The notes beneath the pieces were generated by a model. The model ran no database searches. It was not told the origin of the DNA and saw only the letters and a list, made by a program, of their open reading frames with translations. The position numbers and the translations under genes were made by a program. Positions 8,464-18,567 of a stretch of DNA of 64,000 bases are shown in pieces; the first letter of the stretch is position 1, and each line of letters starts with the position of its first letter. This DNA comes from Bacteroidota bacterium (GTDB lineage: Bacteria > Bacteroidota > Bacteroidia > Chitinophagales > Chitinophagaceae), in NCBI GenBank assembly GCA_005884665.1, contig VBAT01000008.1, forward strand, positions 39,105 to 103,104, written 5' to 3'.

Positions 8464-9681
8464 ATGAGAAGGATTGTACTCTCCGCAACGTTATTGTTGT
8501 GCGGTTCGGTATTGTTTGCACAGACCTATTGGTCGTCACATACCGATGCTGCCCGCATCACTACCGACAAGGCTGTAGCAAGACTATCATTCCCAACGGA
8601 ATTCAAATTATTTGATTTGAATAAGGCTCCATTGCAGAATGAATTGTTCCGGGTCGTCAACAATGGCACCAACCATTCAACCATCATCTCTCTACCTAAC
8701 GTGGACGGACAAATCGAACAATTCGAAGTAGTAGAAGCTTCCAACTTCGAACCTGCATTGCAGGCACAATTCCCGGAGATAAGAGCATTCTCCGGGCGTG
8801 GCATCACCGATCCCTATGCTACGCTGAAGCTAAGCTTATCGCCCCAGGGCATTCAAACCATGGTCTTCAGAACCGGAAGAGAAAATGAATTCATTGAACC
8901 TTATTCCCGCGATCATACAGTCTATGCTGTATTCCGGTCGCAACGTTCACCTCAAACTCTACCCTGGAGATGCACCACTCCCGATCAACAGCTGGAAAAT
9001 GGTTTGAATAAGCAGGTGACCAATGTTACTGCGAGGTCAACCGGCGATCTGAAAACGATGCGGCTTGCTCAATCTGTTACCGCTGAATACTCCAATTTTT
9101 TTGGAGCAACCAGTTCTTCACAGGTTTCGTTAGTTCTCGCTGCAGTAAATGCAACTCTTACTCGTTGTAATGGCGTGTATGAAAAAGACCTGGCCGTTCA
9201 CCTTAATCTCATCGCGGCTACCACCAGTGTTTTTTATTATAATCCTTCAACGGATCCTTATTCTCCTGCAAGCACAGGCGCAGGCGGCGCATGGAATAGT
9301 GAATTACAAAGCACGTTGACATCAGTCATTGGAGAAGCGAACTACGATATCGGGCACCTGTTTGGAGCTTCCGGTGGCGGTGGTAACGCAGGTTGTATTG
9401 GTTGTATCTGCACAAACAATCAAAAAGGCAGCGGTTTTACTTCTCCTGCAGATGGCATTCCCCAGGGGGATAATTTCGACATCGATTATGTAGTGCATGA
9501 AGTAGGCCATCAAATGGGAGCCAATCATACTTTTTCCATGAGCAATGAAGGAACAGGAGTAAACAAAGAACCCGGATCAGGTATTACCAACCTCATTCAA
9601 TCGATATTTATCACCAGGCTTCTATTGCCCAGATACAGTCTAATCTTGGGACCAAAACCTGCCCGGTTACAACAAGCATAG
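8464..9681 (+). CDS. Reprolysin-like (M12B-type) zinc metallopeptidase, N-terminal part of a frameshifted gene
   Basis: Signal peptide, propeptide-like region and zinc site HEVGHQMGANH. After EPGSGIT (~9585) the frame turns to nonsense (NLIQSIFITRLLLPRYS...) and stops at 9681. The homologous reading continues in the frame of the next ORF. Confidence 0.75.
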   Translation: MRRIVLSATLLLCGSVLFAQTYWSSHTDAARITTDKAVARLSFPTEFKLFDLNKAPLQNELFRVVNNGTNHSTIISLPNVDGQIEQFEVVEASNFEPALQAQFPEIRAFSGRGITDPYATLKLSLSPQGIQTMVFRTGRENEFIEPYSRDHTVYAVFRSQRSPQTLPWRCTTPDQQLENGLNKQVTNVTARSTGDLKTMRLAQSVTAEYSNFFGATSSSQVSLVLAAVNATLTRCNGVYEKDLAVHLNLIAATTSVFYYNPSTDPYSPASTGAGGAWNSELQSTLTSVIGEANYDIGHLFGASGGGGNAGCIGCICTNNQKGSGFTSPADGIPQGDNFDIDYVVHEVGHQMGANHTFSMSNEGTGVNKEPGSGITNLIQSIFITRLLLPRYSLILGPKPARLQQA

Positions 9682-9704
9682 CTGCAAACAACGCCACACC
9701 GGTC

Positions 9705-11975
9705 GTGAATGCTGGCAATAATTTTACAATTCCCATCAGCACACCTTTTGCTCTTACTGGTTCGGCCACAGATGCCAATGCCGGTGATGTGCTCACGTAT
9801 TGCTGGGAACAGAACGATAATGCATCTTCTTCGCAAACCAACGCTAACAGCGTAGCCAGTGCAACTAAAGCGACTGGCCCCAACTGGATTTCTTTTAGTC
9901 CAACCACATCGCCCACAAGATATTTTCCGAAAATGTCAACTATTCTTGCAGGCGGATTGATATCAGGTCCGTTACCTGGCGGTGACGCAGGTGCGAATAC
10001 CGAAGCGTTGAGTTCTGTTTCAAGAACATTAAACTTTCGCCTGACTGTAAGGGATAATGCAGTATTCAGTTCTACCGCCCCGGTTAGTGTTGGCCAAACT
10101 AATTTTGATGATGTGGTAGTTACGGTCACAAATAGTTCAGGACCTTTTTCTGTAACTGTACCGAATACAGCCGTATCATGGGCTGGTAACTCGTCCCAGA
10201 CTATCACCTGGGCTGTAGCAAACACGACAGCTGCTCCTGTAAGTTGCGCCAATGTTAAGATCTCCATTTCTACAGATGGGGGAAATAATTTTTCAACCCT
10301 GGTTGCCAGCACAACCAATGATGGCAGCGAAGTCGTAACAATTCCGAATACGCCTACAACGACGGCCAGGATCAAAGTGGAAGCGGTCGGTAATATCTTC
10401 TTTGACATTTCCAATACGAACTTTACGATCACGTCGGGCAGCGGTTGCGGAAGCCCCGCAGGATTGACCTCATCAGCCATTACTACTTCATCGGCTACCG
10501 TGAGTTGGTCGGCTGTCAGCGGTGCGAACTCGTATGATGTAGATTATAAATTAAATTCTACAGGTACATGGACAAATGCAGCAACTGGTACGACATCATT
10601 ATCAGTTAATCTTTCCGGTTTAACATCCGGCTCACTATACGACTGGAGGGTAAGGGCAAATTGTTCAGGCGGCAGCAGTGCTTACACCCAGGCACAATTC
10701 ACTACACAGTCGACAGTTACCTGCAATGCTCCAACGGGCCTTGCATCATCTGGCGTTACTGCATCGGCAGCTACGGTTAGCTGGACGGCAGTAAGCGGCG
10801 GATTGTCGTATGATGTGGATTATAAAACAAATGCATCAGGCACATGGACCAATGCTGCAACAGGAACGACTGCAACTGCGGTCAACTTAACTGGCCTGGC
10901 AGCCTCAACATTGTATGACTGGAGAGTTCGGACCAATTGTTCCGGTGGAAGCAGTACTTATTCCCAGGCACAGTTCACCACACAGGCCGCATCTGGCTGT
11001 GCTACCGCATTTGAGCCAAATGAAACACAGGCAACAGCGGCAGCGATCTCAACAGGCATTGCTAATTCTGCAGCAATTACAACAACGACCGATGTTGATT
11101 ATTTCAAAATAACCACAACATCCACGTCGAATAATGTATTCACACTGGCGGGGCCCAGCGGTAAAGATTATGATCTGTATATCTACAATAGTGCAGGCAC
11201 ACAGATCGGCTCCGGTCTTAGCAGCACCGCTAATGAAACTGTTACGTTGAATAACCAGGCAGCTGGCACTTACTATATCAAAGTGATCGGTTACAACGGA
11301 GCTAACAGCACGACCTGCTATACTATCACAGCCACGGCTACAACGGTTACCAGTTGTCAAAGCAGTTATGATGTATCGACCAACGGTTCTGCAAGTGGAG
11401 CAGCTTCCATTCCGTTTAATATGGATATCAAGGGTCTTATCAGCCCGAGTGGTGACGTTGATTATTACAAGTTCGTGATCACTACCGGCGGTACGGCAAC
11501 CGTTACCTTAACTACATTGCCTGGCGATTATGATATACAGTTGCTTTCCAGCAATGGTACGACCCAATTGGCGATCTCGCAAAATGGAGGTACATCAAGT
11601 GAAACGATCAGTCGGACTTATACGGCAGGTACTTATTATTTACGCGTTTACGGGTACAATGGCGCCAACAGTGCAACGAGCTGTTACACTTTGAAAGTTC
11701 AATTGGGAACAGCATCGAGAGAGGAGAATTTGATCGTCAGCGACAAGATCAGTGTATTCCCTAACCCGGTCAGCGGTGTTCTTACTGTTCAATCGGATGG
11801 TATTTCCGGAATGGCTGAAATCCGCATATTTGATGTTTATGGCAAGATGGTCATGCAACAGAGAAGCGCTTCGATCAAAACACAGCTGGATGTTTCAAAG
11901 CTTCCGGCCGGTGTTTACATGGTGAAGGTAAAAGACGATAAAAAGGAGATAAGTACGAAGATTGTAAAAGAGTAA
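9705..11975 (+). CDS. C-terminal part of the same metallopeptidase: Ig-like region, 2 fibronectin type III domains, 2 PPC (pre-peptidase C-terminal) domains and a T9SS sorting domain
   Basis: This frame is open from 9564 and reads QPHSIDIYHQASIAQIQSNLGTKTCPVTTSIAANNATPVVNAGNNF before the GTG at 9705. Two FN3-like repeats are present (PAGLTSSAITTSSATVSWSAVSGANSYDVDYK; PTGLASSGVTASAATVSWTAVSGGLSYDVDYK). Two PPC-like repeats are present (DVDYFKI...YYIKVIGYNG; DVDYYKF...YYLRVYGYNG). The C-terminus ISVFPNPVSGVLTVQ...GVYMVKVKDDKKEISTKIVKE is a type A T9SS CTD. Confidence 0.8.
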   Translation: MNAGNNFTIPISTPFALTGSATDANAGDVLTYCWEQNDNASSSQTNANSVASATKATGPNWISFSPTTSPTRYFPKMSTILAGGLISGPLPGGDAGANTEALSSVSRTLNFRLTVRDNAVFSSTAPVSVGQTNFDDVVVTVTNSSGPFSVTVPNTAVSWAGNSSQTITWAVANTTAAPVSCANVKISISTDGGNNFSTLVASTTNDGSEVVTIPNTPTTTARIKVEAVGNIFFDISNTNFTITSGSGCGSPAGLTSSAITTSSATVSWSAVSGANSYDVDYKLNSTGTWTNAATGTTSLSVNLSGLTSGSLYDWRVRANCSGGSSAYTQAQFTTQSTVTCNAPTGLASSGVTASAATVSWTAVSGGLSYDVDYKTNASGTWTNAATGTTATAVNLTGLAASTLYDWRVRTNCSGGSSTYSQAQFTTQAASGCATAFEPNETQATAAAISTGIANSAAITTTTDVDYFKITTTSTSNNVFTLAGPSGKDYDLYIYNSAGTQIGSGLSSTANETVTLNNQAAGTYYIKVIGYNGANSTTCYTITATATTVTSCQSSYDVSTNGSASGAASIPFNMDIKGLISPSGDVDYYKFVITTGGTATVTLTTLPGDYDIQLLSSNGTTQLAISQNGGTSSETISRTYTAGTYYLRVYGYNGANSATSCYTLKVQLGTASREENLIVSDKISVFPNPVSGVLTVQSDGISGMAEIRIFDVYGKMVMQQRSASIKTQLDVSKLPAGVYMVKVKDDKKEISTKIVKE

Positions 11976-11997
11976 GTTTTAGTGTTTAAATAGATAT

Positions 11998-12031
11998 GAC
12001 AAGCCCTCCTGTTATTGGGAGGGCTTGTTTG
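11998..12031 (+). terminator. Hairpin terminator between convergent genes
   Basis: CAAGCCCTCC-tgttattg-GGAGGGCTTG (12000-12027) followed by TTT. Confidence 0.65.
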
Positions 12032-12066
12032 GTATAATGAATTGCCACATTGAAACCGGGTGCGAC

Positions 12067-12354
12067 TTAAATATCTTTTGTTTTTCCGGGATTGTCGGTT
12101 AAGAAATTATCCAGCAAATCTGCTTTAACCTTTTTTTGTTTCGCTTTTCTTCGAAGCCTGTATCCAAGCAACAGTAAGATAATTGCCATGATCAACGGCA
12201 TATTATACCCAATGTAATAAGCTATGATATCAGTTGTTGTCGGATCGGGTGTAGAAGAGGGCCGACCCGGTCCACCACCCAGGTATGAGAGGACATTGAG
12301 AGCAAGTAGCAGCCAGCCCAGAATAATCAATATTAAACCTGTAATCTTCATCAA
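12067..12354 (-). CDS. Small hypothetical membrane protein
   Basis: 95 aa with two hydrophobic helices (ITGLILIILGWLLLALNVL; IIAYYIGYNMPLIMAIILLLLGY) and a basic tail. Sits just downstream of dapD, 6 nt from its stop. Confidence 0.5.
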   Translation of the reverse strand: MMKITGLILIILGWLLLALNVLSYLGGGPGRPSSTPDPTTTDIIAYYIGYNMPLIMAIILLLLGYRLRRKAKQKKVKADLLDNFLTDNPGKTKDI

Positions 12355-12360
12355 ATAAAT

Positions 12361-13167
12361 TTATACAGAAACATTAAAATCTCTCAATGCCTCATTCAAA
12401 CTTGTTTTCAGGTCTGTGCTTGATTTGCGCTGGCCAATGATCAGGGCGCAACTCACTCCATATTCGCCGGAAGGGAATTTTTTCATATAAGAGCCGGGGA
12501 TCACAACACTTCGTGCCGGTACCCTGCCTTTGTATTCTTTAGGTTCACTGCCGCTTACATCAATAATTTTTGTCGATTGGGTCAAAACAACATTAGCACC
12601 CAGCACCGCTTCTTTTTCTATCCTTACTCCCTCTACCACTATACAGCGGCTCCCGATAAAACATCCGTCCTCTACGATGACCGGTGAAGCCTGAAGCGGC
12701 TCGAGGACACCACCAATACCAACACCACCGCTCAGGTGAACGCCTTTGCCTATCTGTGCGCAACTGCCCACGGTAGCCCAGGTATCGACCATTGTACCCT
12801 CATCCACGTAAGCGCCTATGTTTACGTAAGAGGGCATTAGCACAACATTCTTTGCAATATAGGCGCCGTATCGGGCAATGGCATGTGGCACGGCACGAAC
12901 ACCGAGTTCTTTATAATTTTTTTTCAGTAACATTTTATCATAAAACTCGAATGGCTCCAAACTCCAGGTCTGCATTTGCTGGATACCGAAATACATCAGT
13001 ATGGTCTGTTTTACCCATTCATTGACTATCCACCCGTCATCGGTTGGCGTGGCTACACGCAGTCTGCCTTTGTCTATTTCTTCTATCGTAGTACGAACGG
13101 CGTCGGCATATTTATTTTGCTTCAGTAATTCACGATTGCTCCAGGCTTCCAATATGAGTTCTTTCAT
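12361..13167 (-). CDS. dapD: 2,3,4,5-tetrahydropyridine-2,6-dicarboxylate N-succinyltransferase
   Basis: Left-handed beta-helix hexapeptide repeats (GAYVDEGTMVDTWATVGSCAQIGKGVHLSGGVGIGGVLEP). The N-terminus IEEIDKGRLRVATPTDDGWIVNEWVKQTILMYF is typical of DapD. Confidence 0.88.
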   Translation of the reverse strand: MKELILEAWSNRELLKQNKYADAVRTTIEEIDKGRLRVATPTDDGWIVNEWVKQTILMYFGIQQMQTWSLEPFEFYDKMLLKKNYKELGVRAVPHAIARYGAYIAKNVVLMPSYVNIGAYVDEGTMVDTWATVGSCAQIGKGVHLSGGVGIGGVLEPLQASPVIVEDGCFIGSRCIVVEGVRIEKEAVLGANVVLTQSTKIIDVSGSEPKEYKGRVPARSVVIPGSYMKKFPSGEYGVSCALIIGQRKSSTDLKTSLNEALRDFNVSV

Positions 13168-13281
13168 GTTGTCATTTTGCTGCGAAAATAGTTTAAAGTC
13201 GGAAAGTCAGAAAAATCCGTAAGTCCGGAAGAATCCTGCTATGTGTTCGAGCCGACTTTCGGTCTCCCGGACATCCATCTG

Positions 13282-13893
13282 TTAAAAGCTTTTCAACGTC
13301 GGCGTTTCATTGCGAAAGACTATACAGGTAAGGCGATATTTTTTTCCAATGCGCAGGTGAGGATAGTATGTATGCTGCAGAAGCTTTCCAAAAAGGAACA
13401 GCGCTGCACCGATAGCTAAATTCGGCAGGTTCTGTTTGGCAAAGGGCGGAGAGTTGTGAGCCAAATCATTAATAATATTCAATGTGACATAGCTTGCACC
13501 CGCTATCTGGAATATATCGCCTCTTTTGAGCCATACAAACGACTCGTGACCAAGAGTAACATAGACCTGATCGTTGCGATAAACCGTATGTTCCTTTTTG
13601 GTAGGTAAAGCATGGACATCTGAGAGTGCAAATGCGAAACCGCTGAAATGTATGGTGTCATTTCGGATAAGTCCGTAACGTATGATCTCTTTGGTCAGGT
13701 AAAAAGAATCCGCTGTGATCCTTTTAATGATACCCCTTATCCATTCTTTATCCTGTTGCTGAAAAGTGATATAAGAGTCTTTCCAGAAATACTGAACACT
13801 TCTGTGCTTTTTTTTCAGCACCATGACGATGTCCTGTGAATACATTTCACAGCTGAATAGCAACGCCAGTACGATCAGTGTTGGCCGGTTCAT
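13282..13893 (-). CDS. Hypothetical secreted/membrane protein
   Basis: 203-aa ORF with a signal-like N-terminus MNRPTLIVLALLFSCEMYSQ and one C-terminal hydrophobic segment. No family recognised. Confidence 0.45.
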   Translation of the reverse strand: MNRPTLIVLALLFSCEMYSQDIVMVLKKKHRSVQYFWKDSYITFQQQDKEWIRGIIKRITADSFYLTKEIIRYGLIRNDTIHFSGFAFALSDVHALPTKKEHTVYRNDQVYVTLGHESFVWLKRGDIFQIAGASYVTLNIINDLAHNSPPFAKQNLPNLAIGAALFLFGKLLQHTYYPHLRIGKKYRLTCIVFRNETPTLKSF

Positions 13894-14026
13894 TCATCGT
13901 CAAGGTAAAAAAGCAATCGCAAAAGAAGTGTTAAACGGATAGTCCGAAAACCCGAAACAAGCCTCTTCTTGTCTTGAACATTCTTCGGTCTTTCGATCTT
14001 CCGGACTTCCCGACTATCTTTACAAC

Positions 14027-15175
14027 ATGAACATCGGCTTTGATGCAAAAATGGCTTACCACAATGGCACCGGGCTGGGTCATTTCAGCAGGACACTTAT
14101 TAATTCGCTCTCTCAGTACTACCCGGCTCATGAATATTTTTTATTTAACCCGCAACCATCTTCATTATTTCAGATGCCGGGAAAAAATATTCATGAAGTG
14201 CAGCCTTCCTCATCCATTGACAGGATTTTTTCTTCAGCCTGGCGGGACAGACGTATCAAAAAAGACCTGCAAAAACATAAGATCGACCTCTATCATGGGC
14301 TAGACCATGAGCTGCCCAATGGTATCGCTCAAACCGGGATAAAAAGTGTTGTTACTATCCATGACCTCATCTATGAACGATATCCCAAACAATTTTCTGC
14401 CAGGGACATAAAAAGATTCTCCGTTCTTTTTCGTTATGCTTGTGAACAGGCAGACAAGGTCATAGCAATTAGTCAGCAAACCCGCGAAGATATCGTGGAA
14501 TTTTTTAAGACGCCAGAGGAGAAAATTGTGACCTGCTATCAAAGCTGCAACCCGGCCTTCGGGAAAGCCATTAGCCAGGAGGAGAAGCAAAGAGTACAGA
14601 AAATGTATGGACTTCCAGATGAATTTTTCTTATATGTCGGCTCGATTATTGAGAGAAAGAACCTTTTAACTATTTGCAAGGCCGTTTTTATTTTACGAAA
14701 CGAAATAGCGATCCCATTAGTTGTGATCGGAGATGGTAAAGTCTACAAGCAACAGGTGAAGGATTATATCCGCCAGAATGGCCTGGAGAAAAAAGTAATT
14801 TTTCTTTCGGATAATGCGGTGTTGCCGGCTTCCCTTTTTCAAACGGTTGCAGACTTTCCCGCCATCTATCAGTTGGCCATGGCCATGATCTATCCTTCAT
14901 TTTTTGAAGGATTTGGTATACCGGTACTTGAAGCGTTATGGAGCAGGTTGCCGGTTATCACTTCTGGCGTATCTTGCCTGCCGGAAACAGGGGGTGATGC
15001 TGCCTACTACGTCAATCCAAACAGTGCCGGGGAAATTGCAGAGGGTATGAAAAAAATTTGCGATGACCGTCAATTGAGAGAAACGATGAAAGAAAAAGGA
15101 TGGAAGCATGCCCAGAACTTTACACAACAAAAATCCGCAGCGGCAGTAATGAGAGTATATGAAGGGCTCGTGTAG
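14027..15175 (+). CDS. Glycosyltransferase family 4 (Glycos_transf_1 fold)
   Basis: Carries the E-x7-E region PSFFEGFGIPVLEALWSRLPVITS and has GT-B architecture. N-terminus MNIGFDAKMAYHNGTGLGHFSR. Confidence 0.85.
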   Translation: MNIGFDAKMAYHNGTGLGHFSRTLINSLSQYYPAHEYFLFNPQPSSLFQMPGKNIHEVQPSSSIDRIFSSAWRDRRIKKDLQKHKIDLYHGLDHELPNGIAQTGIKSVVTIHDLIYERYPKQFSARDIKRFSVLFRYACEQADKVIAISQQTREDIVEFFKTPEEKIVTCYQSCNPAFGKAISQEEKQRVQKMYGLPDEFFLYVGSIIERKNLLTICKAVFILRNEIAIPLVVIGDGKVYKQQVKDYIRQNGLEKKVIFLSDNAVLPASLFQTVADFPAIYQLAMAMIYPSFFEGFGIPVLEALWSRLPVITSGVSCLPETGGDAAYYVNPNSAGEIAEGMKKICDDRQLRETMKEKGWKHAQNFTQQKSAAAVMRVYEGLV

Positions 15176-15261
15176 ACCTTAAACGGGAACTGTATTTATT
15201 CACAACACCGGCGCTTATGCCGGGAAAACAGGAAATCAAATGGGCATTGGCCCCGATTGCT

Positions 15262-15828
15262 ATGAATTTTGAAAAAGACATCGAGTTATGCCTGCAGGCA
15301 CTAAGAGGCGGGGGTATCATTCTCTATCCCACGGATACCGTTTGGGGTATCGGTTGCGATGCCACAAACGAAAAAGCAGTGGATCGTATTTATAAATTGA
15401 AAAAGCGTACGGATAACAAAGCAATGATCGTGCTGGTGACCGAACAACGTGACATATTGCAGTACGTTGCAAACCCCGATACAAGAGTATTTGAATACCT
15501 GGAGAATGTTACCAGGCCAACCACCGTGATTTACAGGGGAGCAATCGGACTGGCAGAGAACGTGGTGAGCAAGGATGGAAGCGTTGCTATGAGGATCTGC
15601 CAGGATGAATTTTGCCGCACCCTCATCAAGCGGTTTCGCAAACCACTGGTTTCAACATCGGCCAATCTTTCCGGCAAACCCATTGCCGCCACTTATGACG
15701 AGATAAGTATCGATATTAAGATCGGGGTAGATTATATCGTCACTCACCGCCAGGATGATAAGACACCGGCTGCGCCCTCCACATTGATCAAATGGGAGAA
15801 AGGACAGCCGACAGTTATCCGGGAGTAA
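15262..15828 (+). CDS. tsaC: L-threonylcarbamoyladenylate synthase (YrdC/TsaC type)
   Basis: GGIILYPTDTVWGIGCDATNEKAVDRIYKLKKR and STSANLSGKP motifs. The track start 15217 adds 15 residues. ATG 15262 (MNFEKDIELCLQALRGGG) fits the length of known family members better. Confidence 0.85.
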   Translation: MNFEKDIELCLQALRGGGIILYPTDTVWGIGCDATNEKAVDRIYKLKKRTDNKAMIVLVTEQRDILQYVANPDTRVFEYLENVTRPTTVIYRGAIGLAENVVSKDGSVAMRICQDEFCRTLIKRFRKPLVSTSANLSGKPIAATYDEISIDIKIGVDYIVTHRQDDKTPAAPSTLIKWEKGQPTVIRE

Positions 15829-15836
15829 CTACCAAC

Positions 15837-16841
15837 ATGCAAAGGTTCCTGATCATACAGACAGCGTTTATCGGTGACGTTGTATTGGCCACATCGATTA
15901 TTGAAAAACTACATTTCCATTTTCCGGAGTCACAGATAGACTTTTTACTCAGAAAGGGAAATGAAAGTTTGCTCGCGGGCCATCCTTTGCTGAATGAAGT
16001 CATGATCTGGGACAAACAAAAAAATAAGTTCCGCAATCTCTGGAAGACGATCCGCATGGTGCGGAAAAGAAAATATGACAAGGTCATCAATATCCAGCGA
16101 TTCGCGGCCACCGGTATTTTAACGGCGTTATCAGGTGGAGGGGAAAGAATCGGGTTCGACAAGAACCCTTTTAGTTTTCTTTTCACAACAAAAGTGAAAC
16201 ACATCATTGGTGAGGGCGGCCTGCATGAAATAGATCGAAACACGGAGTTGATCCGGCATTTTACGGATGCTCCTGTTTTCAAACCGCGGCTATATCCTTC
16301 AACACAGGATGAAGCTGCTGTGGTGAATTATAAAAAAGGGGATTATATCACGATCTCGCCCTCTTCGGTCTGGTTTACCAAGCAATTTCCGAAGGAAAAA
16401 TGGATAGAACTAATCCGGATATTGCCGGCTCAATACACTATTTACCTGCTGGGTGGTGCTGCCGATATTGAACTGGGCGAAACGATAAAACGTGACGCCG
16501 GTCATCCCTCAGTCGTAAATCTGTCGGGTCGCCTGAGTTTTCTGCAATCAGCTGTTCTCATGAAAGATGCCGTGATGAATTATGTAAACGATTCTGCGCC
16601 GATGCATTTTGCGTCATCAGTCAACGCCCCTGTTACTGCAGTCTATTGTTCAACACTGCCATCATTTGGCTTTGGTCCTTTATCCGACAGCCAGAGGATT
16701 GTTGAAATCGACTATCATTTATATTGCCGCCCCTGCGGTTTGCATGGAAAAAAACAATGCCCGGAGGGACATTTTAAATGTGCTTATGATATAAAGATCG
16801 CTCAGCTCAGCTCTTCATTACCTTCTTACCAGGACAAATAG
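15837..16841 (+). CDS. Glycosyltransferase family 9 (heptosyltransferase-like)
   Basis: MQRFLIIQTAFIGDVVLATSIIEKL at the N-terminus, then YLLGGAADIELGE and VNDSAPMHFASSVNAPVTAVY. ATG 15837 lies 9 nt after the tsaC stop. The track's 15792 start overlaps tsaC. Confidence 0.85.
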   Translation: MQRFLIIQTAFIGDVVLATSIIEKLHFHFPESQIDFLLRKGNESLLAGHPLLNEVMIWDKQKNKFRNLWKTIRMVRKRKYDKVINIQRFAATGILTALSGGGERIGFDKNPFSFLFTTKVKHIIGEGGLHEIDRNTELIRHFTDAPVFKPRLYPSTQDEAAVVNYKKGDYITISPSSVWFTKQFPKEKWIELIRILPAQYTIYLLGGAADIELGETIKRDAGHPSVVNLSGRLSFLQSAVLMKDAVMNYVNDSAPMHFASSVNAPVTAVYCSTLPSFGFGPLSDSQRIVEIDYHLYCRPCGLHGKKQCPEGHFKCAYDIKIAQLSSSLPSYQDK

Positions 16842-17089
16842 TCTGAATCATCTTCACCAATCTCTTTCTTATTTTTGGGTAGTTGTCTCATCCGATGGCT
16901 ATCGGATTTGAATTTGCCCACTGAGGACCGCTGAGAATAGTCGGGGGCCGCAGGGAAAGACGATTCCGTGGCTCTCTCTCCTGTTGCCTTGGTGTCGCCA
17001 TGTCGAAGCAAGGCCGGCAAGGCACGATTTGTTTCTCCCTGTGGCTGTTCTGATTTTTCAAACAGGGACACTACATATTTTTGTATTTC

Positions 17090-18559
17090 ATGAATGTTCA
17101 ATTTTCAGATACGGAATCATATATCTTTCAGCAAATTGGCAATGCTGCTGAACAGGTCAGGGTGGAAACTTATTTGATAGGTGGATTTGTGAGAGATAAG
17201 ATCCTCGGGCGACCCACAAAGGATGCAGATATAGTTTGTGCAGGCGATGGTATTGAATTGGCAAAAGCTGTCGCAAAAAAATTCCATCCCGTTCCACAGG
17301 TCAGTTATTTCAAAAATTTCGGAACTGCGCATATCAGGATAGAACCTTCCACGCAAAACGGGTTCCCGATACACTCGGGGGAGAAGGAGCCTGGCTTCGA
17401 CATTGAATTTGTTGGCGCCCGTAAGGAAAGCTATAGTTCGCATTCTCGCAAACCTGCAGTTATGCCTGGCTCGTTGGAAGACGATCAGAAACGGCGGGAT
17501 TTTACAATGAACGCACTTGCCATCAGTTTGAATAAAGATGACTATGGCAGGCTGGTTGATCCTTTTAACGGACTTGAGGATATCAGCGATAAGATCATCC
17601 GGACCCCGCTTGATCCGCTACAAACATTTAGTGATGATCCCTTGCGGATGATGCGGGCGATCAGGTTTGCCACGCAACTCAATTTTAGCATTGAAGAAAA
17701 AACGCTAAAAGCCATTAGCGATGATGCTGACCGGATCAACATTATTTCACAGGAACGGATCACGGATGAATTGAACAAGATCATCCAGGCAAAAAAACCT
17801 TCGATTGGGTTTGATCTTTTATACAGGACTGGTCTGCTGCATATCATCTTTCCACAAATGGTGGAACTGGCGGGAGCCGAGTACAAAGATGGGCACGGGC
17901 ACAAGGATAATTTTTATCATACACTACAGGTGTTGGATAACGTTGCCGAAAGTTCAGATGATATCTGGTTGCGCTGGGCCGCAGTGCTTCATGACATAGC
18001 CAAGCCGGTCACCAAAAAATTTGAAGAAGGACATGGCTGGACATTTCATGGGCATGAAGTGGTAGGAGGGAGAATGGTGCCAAAAATATTTGCAAGGCTA
18101 AAGCTTCCGCAAAATGACCGCATGCGCTTTGTAAGAAAACTGGTTGAGCTTCACCTGCGGCCGATCAGTTTGACAAAAGAAAACATTACCGATTCCGCCA
18201 TCAGGCGCCTGCTCTTTGATGCAGGAGAAGATTTTGAATCATTGATGCTGCTGTGTGAAGCAGATATCACATCCAAGAATAAAGTAAAAGTAAAAAAATA
18301 CCTGGAAAACTTTAAGATGGTAAGAGAGCGTTGCAGGGAAGTAGAGGAAAATGATCATATCCGGAGCTGGCAACCCCCCATAACCGGTGAAAAAATCATG
18401 GAGATGTTTGAGCTACCTCCTTCCAAGCCGGTAGGTATCCTTAAAAATGCTTTAAAAGACGCAATATTGGATGGTGAAATACCAAATTCTTATGAAGCGG
18501 CACACGATTTTCTTATCACAAAGGCAGGTGAAATGGGTTTAAAAGCAATAAAATCTTAA
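17090..18559 (+). CDS. cca: CCA tRNA nucleotidyltransferase / poly(A) polymerase-family protein with HD domain
   Basis: Pol-beta head motif YLIGGFVRDKILGRPTKDADIV, then RRDFTMNALA and the HD region WAAVLHDIAKP. Confidence 0.8.
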   Translation: MNVQFSDTESYIFQQIGNAAEQVRVETYLIGGFVRDKILGRPTKDADIVCAGDGIELAKAVAKKFHPVPQVSYFKNFGTAHIRIEPSTQNGFPIHSGEKEPGFDIEFVGARKESYSSHSRKPAVMPGSLEDDQKRRDFTMNALAISLNKDDYGRLVDPFNGLEDISDKIIRTPLDPLQTFSDDPLRMMRAIRFATQLNFSIEEKTLKAISDDADRINIISQERITDELNKIIQAKKPSIGFDLLYRTGLLHIIFPQMVELAGAEYKDGHGHKDNFYHTLQVLDNVAESSDDIWLRWAAVLHDIAKPVTKKFEEGHGWTFHGHEVVGGRMVPKIFARLKLPQNDRMRFVRKLVELHLRPISLTKENITDSAIRRLLFDAGEDFESLMLLCEADITSKNKVKVKKYLENFKMVRERCREVEENDHIRSWQPPITGEKIMEMFELPPSKPVGILKNALKDAILDGEIPNSYEAAHDFLITKAGEMGLKAIKS

Positions 18560-18567
18560 ATTTGTGT

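Noticed and set aside
9611-10480. 289-aa antisense ORF inside the metallopeptidase gene
   Set aside because: It lies on the opposite strand of a well-supported domain-bearing frame. It has low-complexity A/V/T/L-rich composition and no motif.
16826-17101. 91-aa minus-strand ORF filling the GT9-cca intergenic region
   Set aside because: The predicted protein is disordered and charged with no motif. It overlaps both neighbours' ends and contains a palindromic repeat unit (16890-16907). It could be a real small gene, but the sequence alone does not support it.
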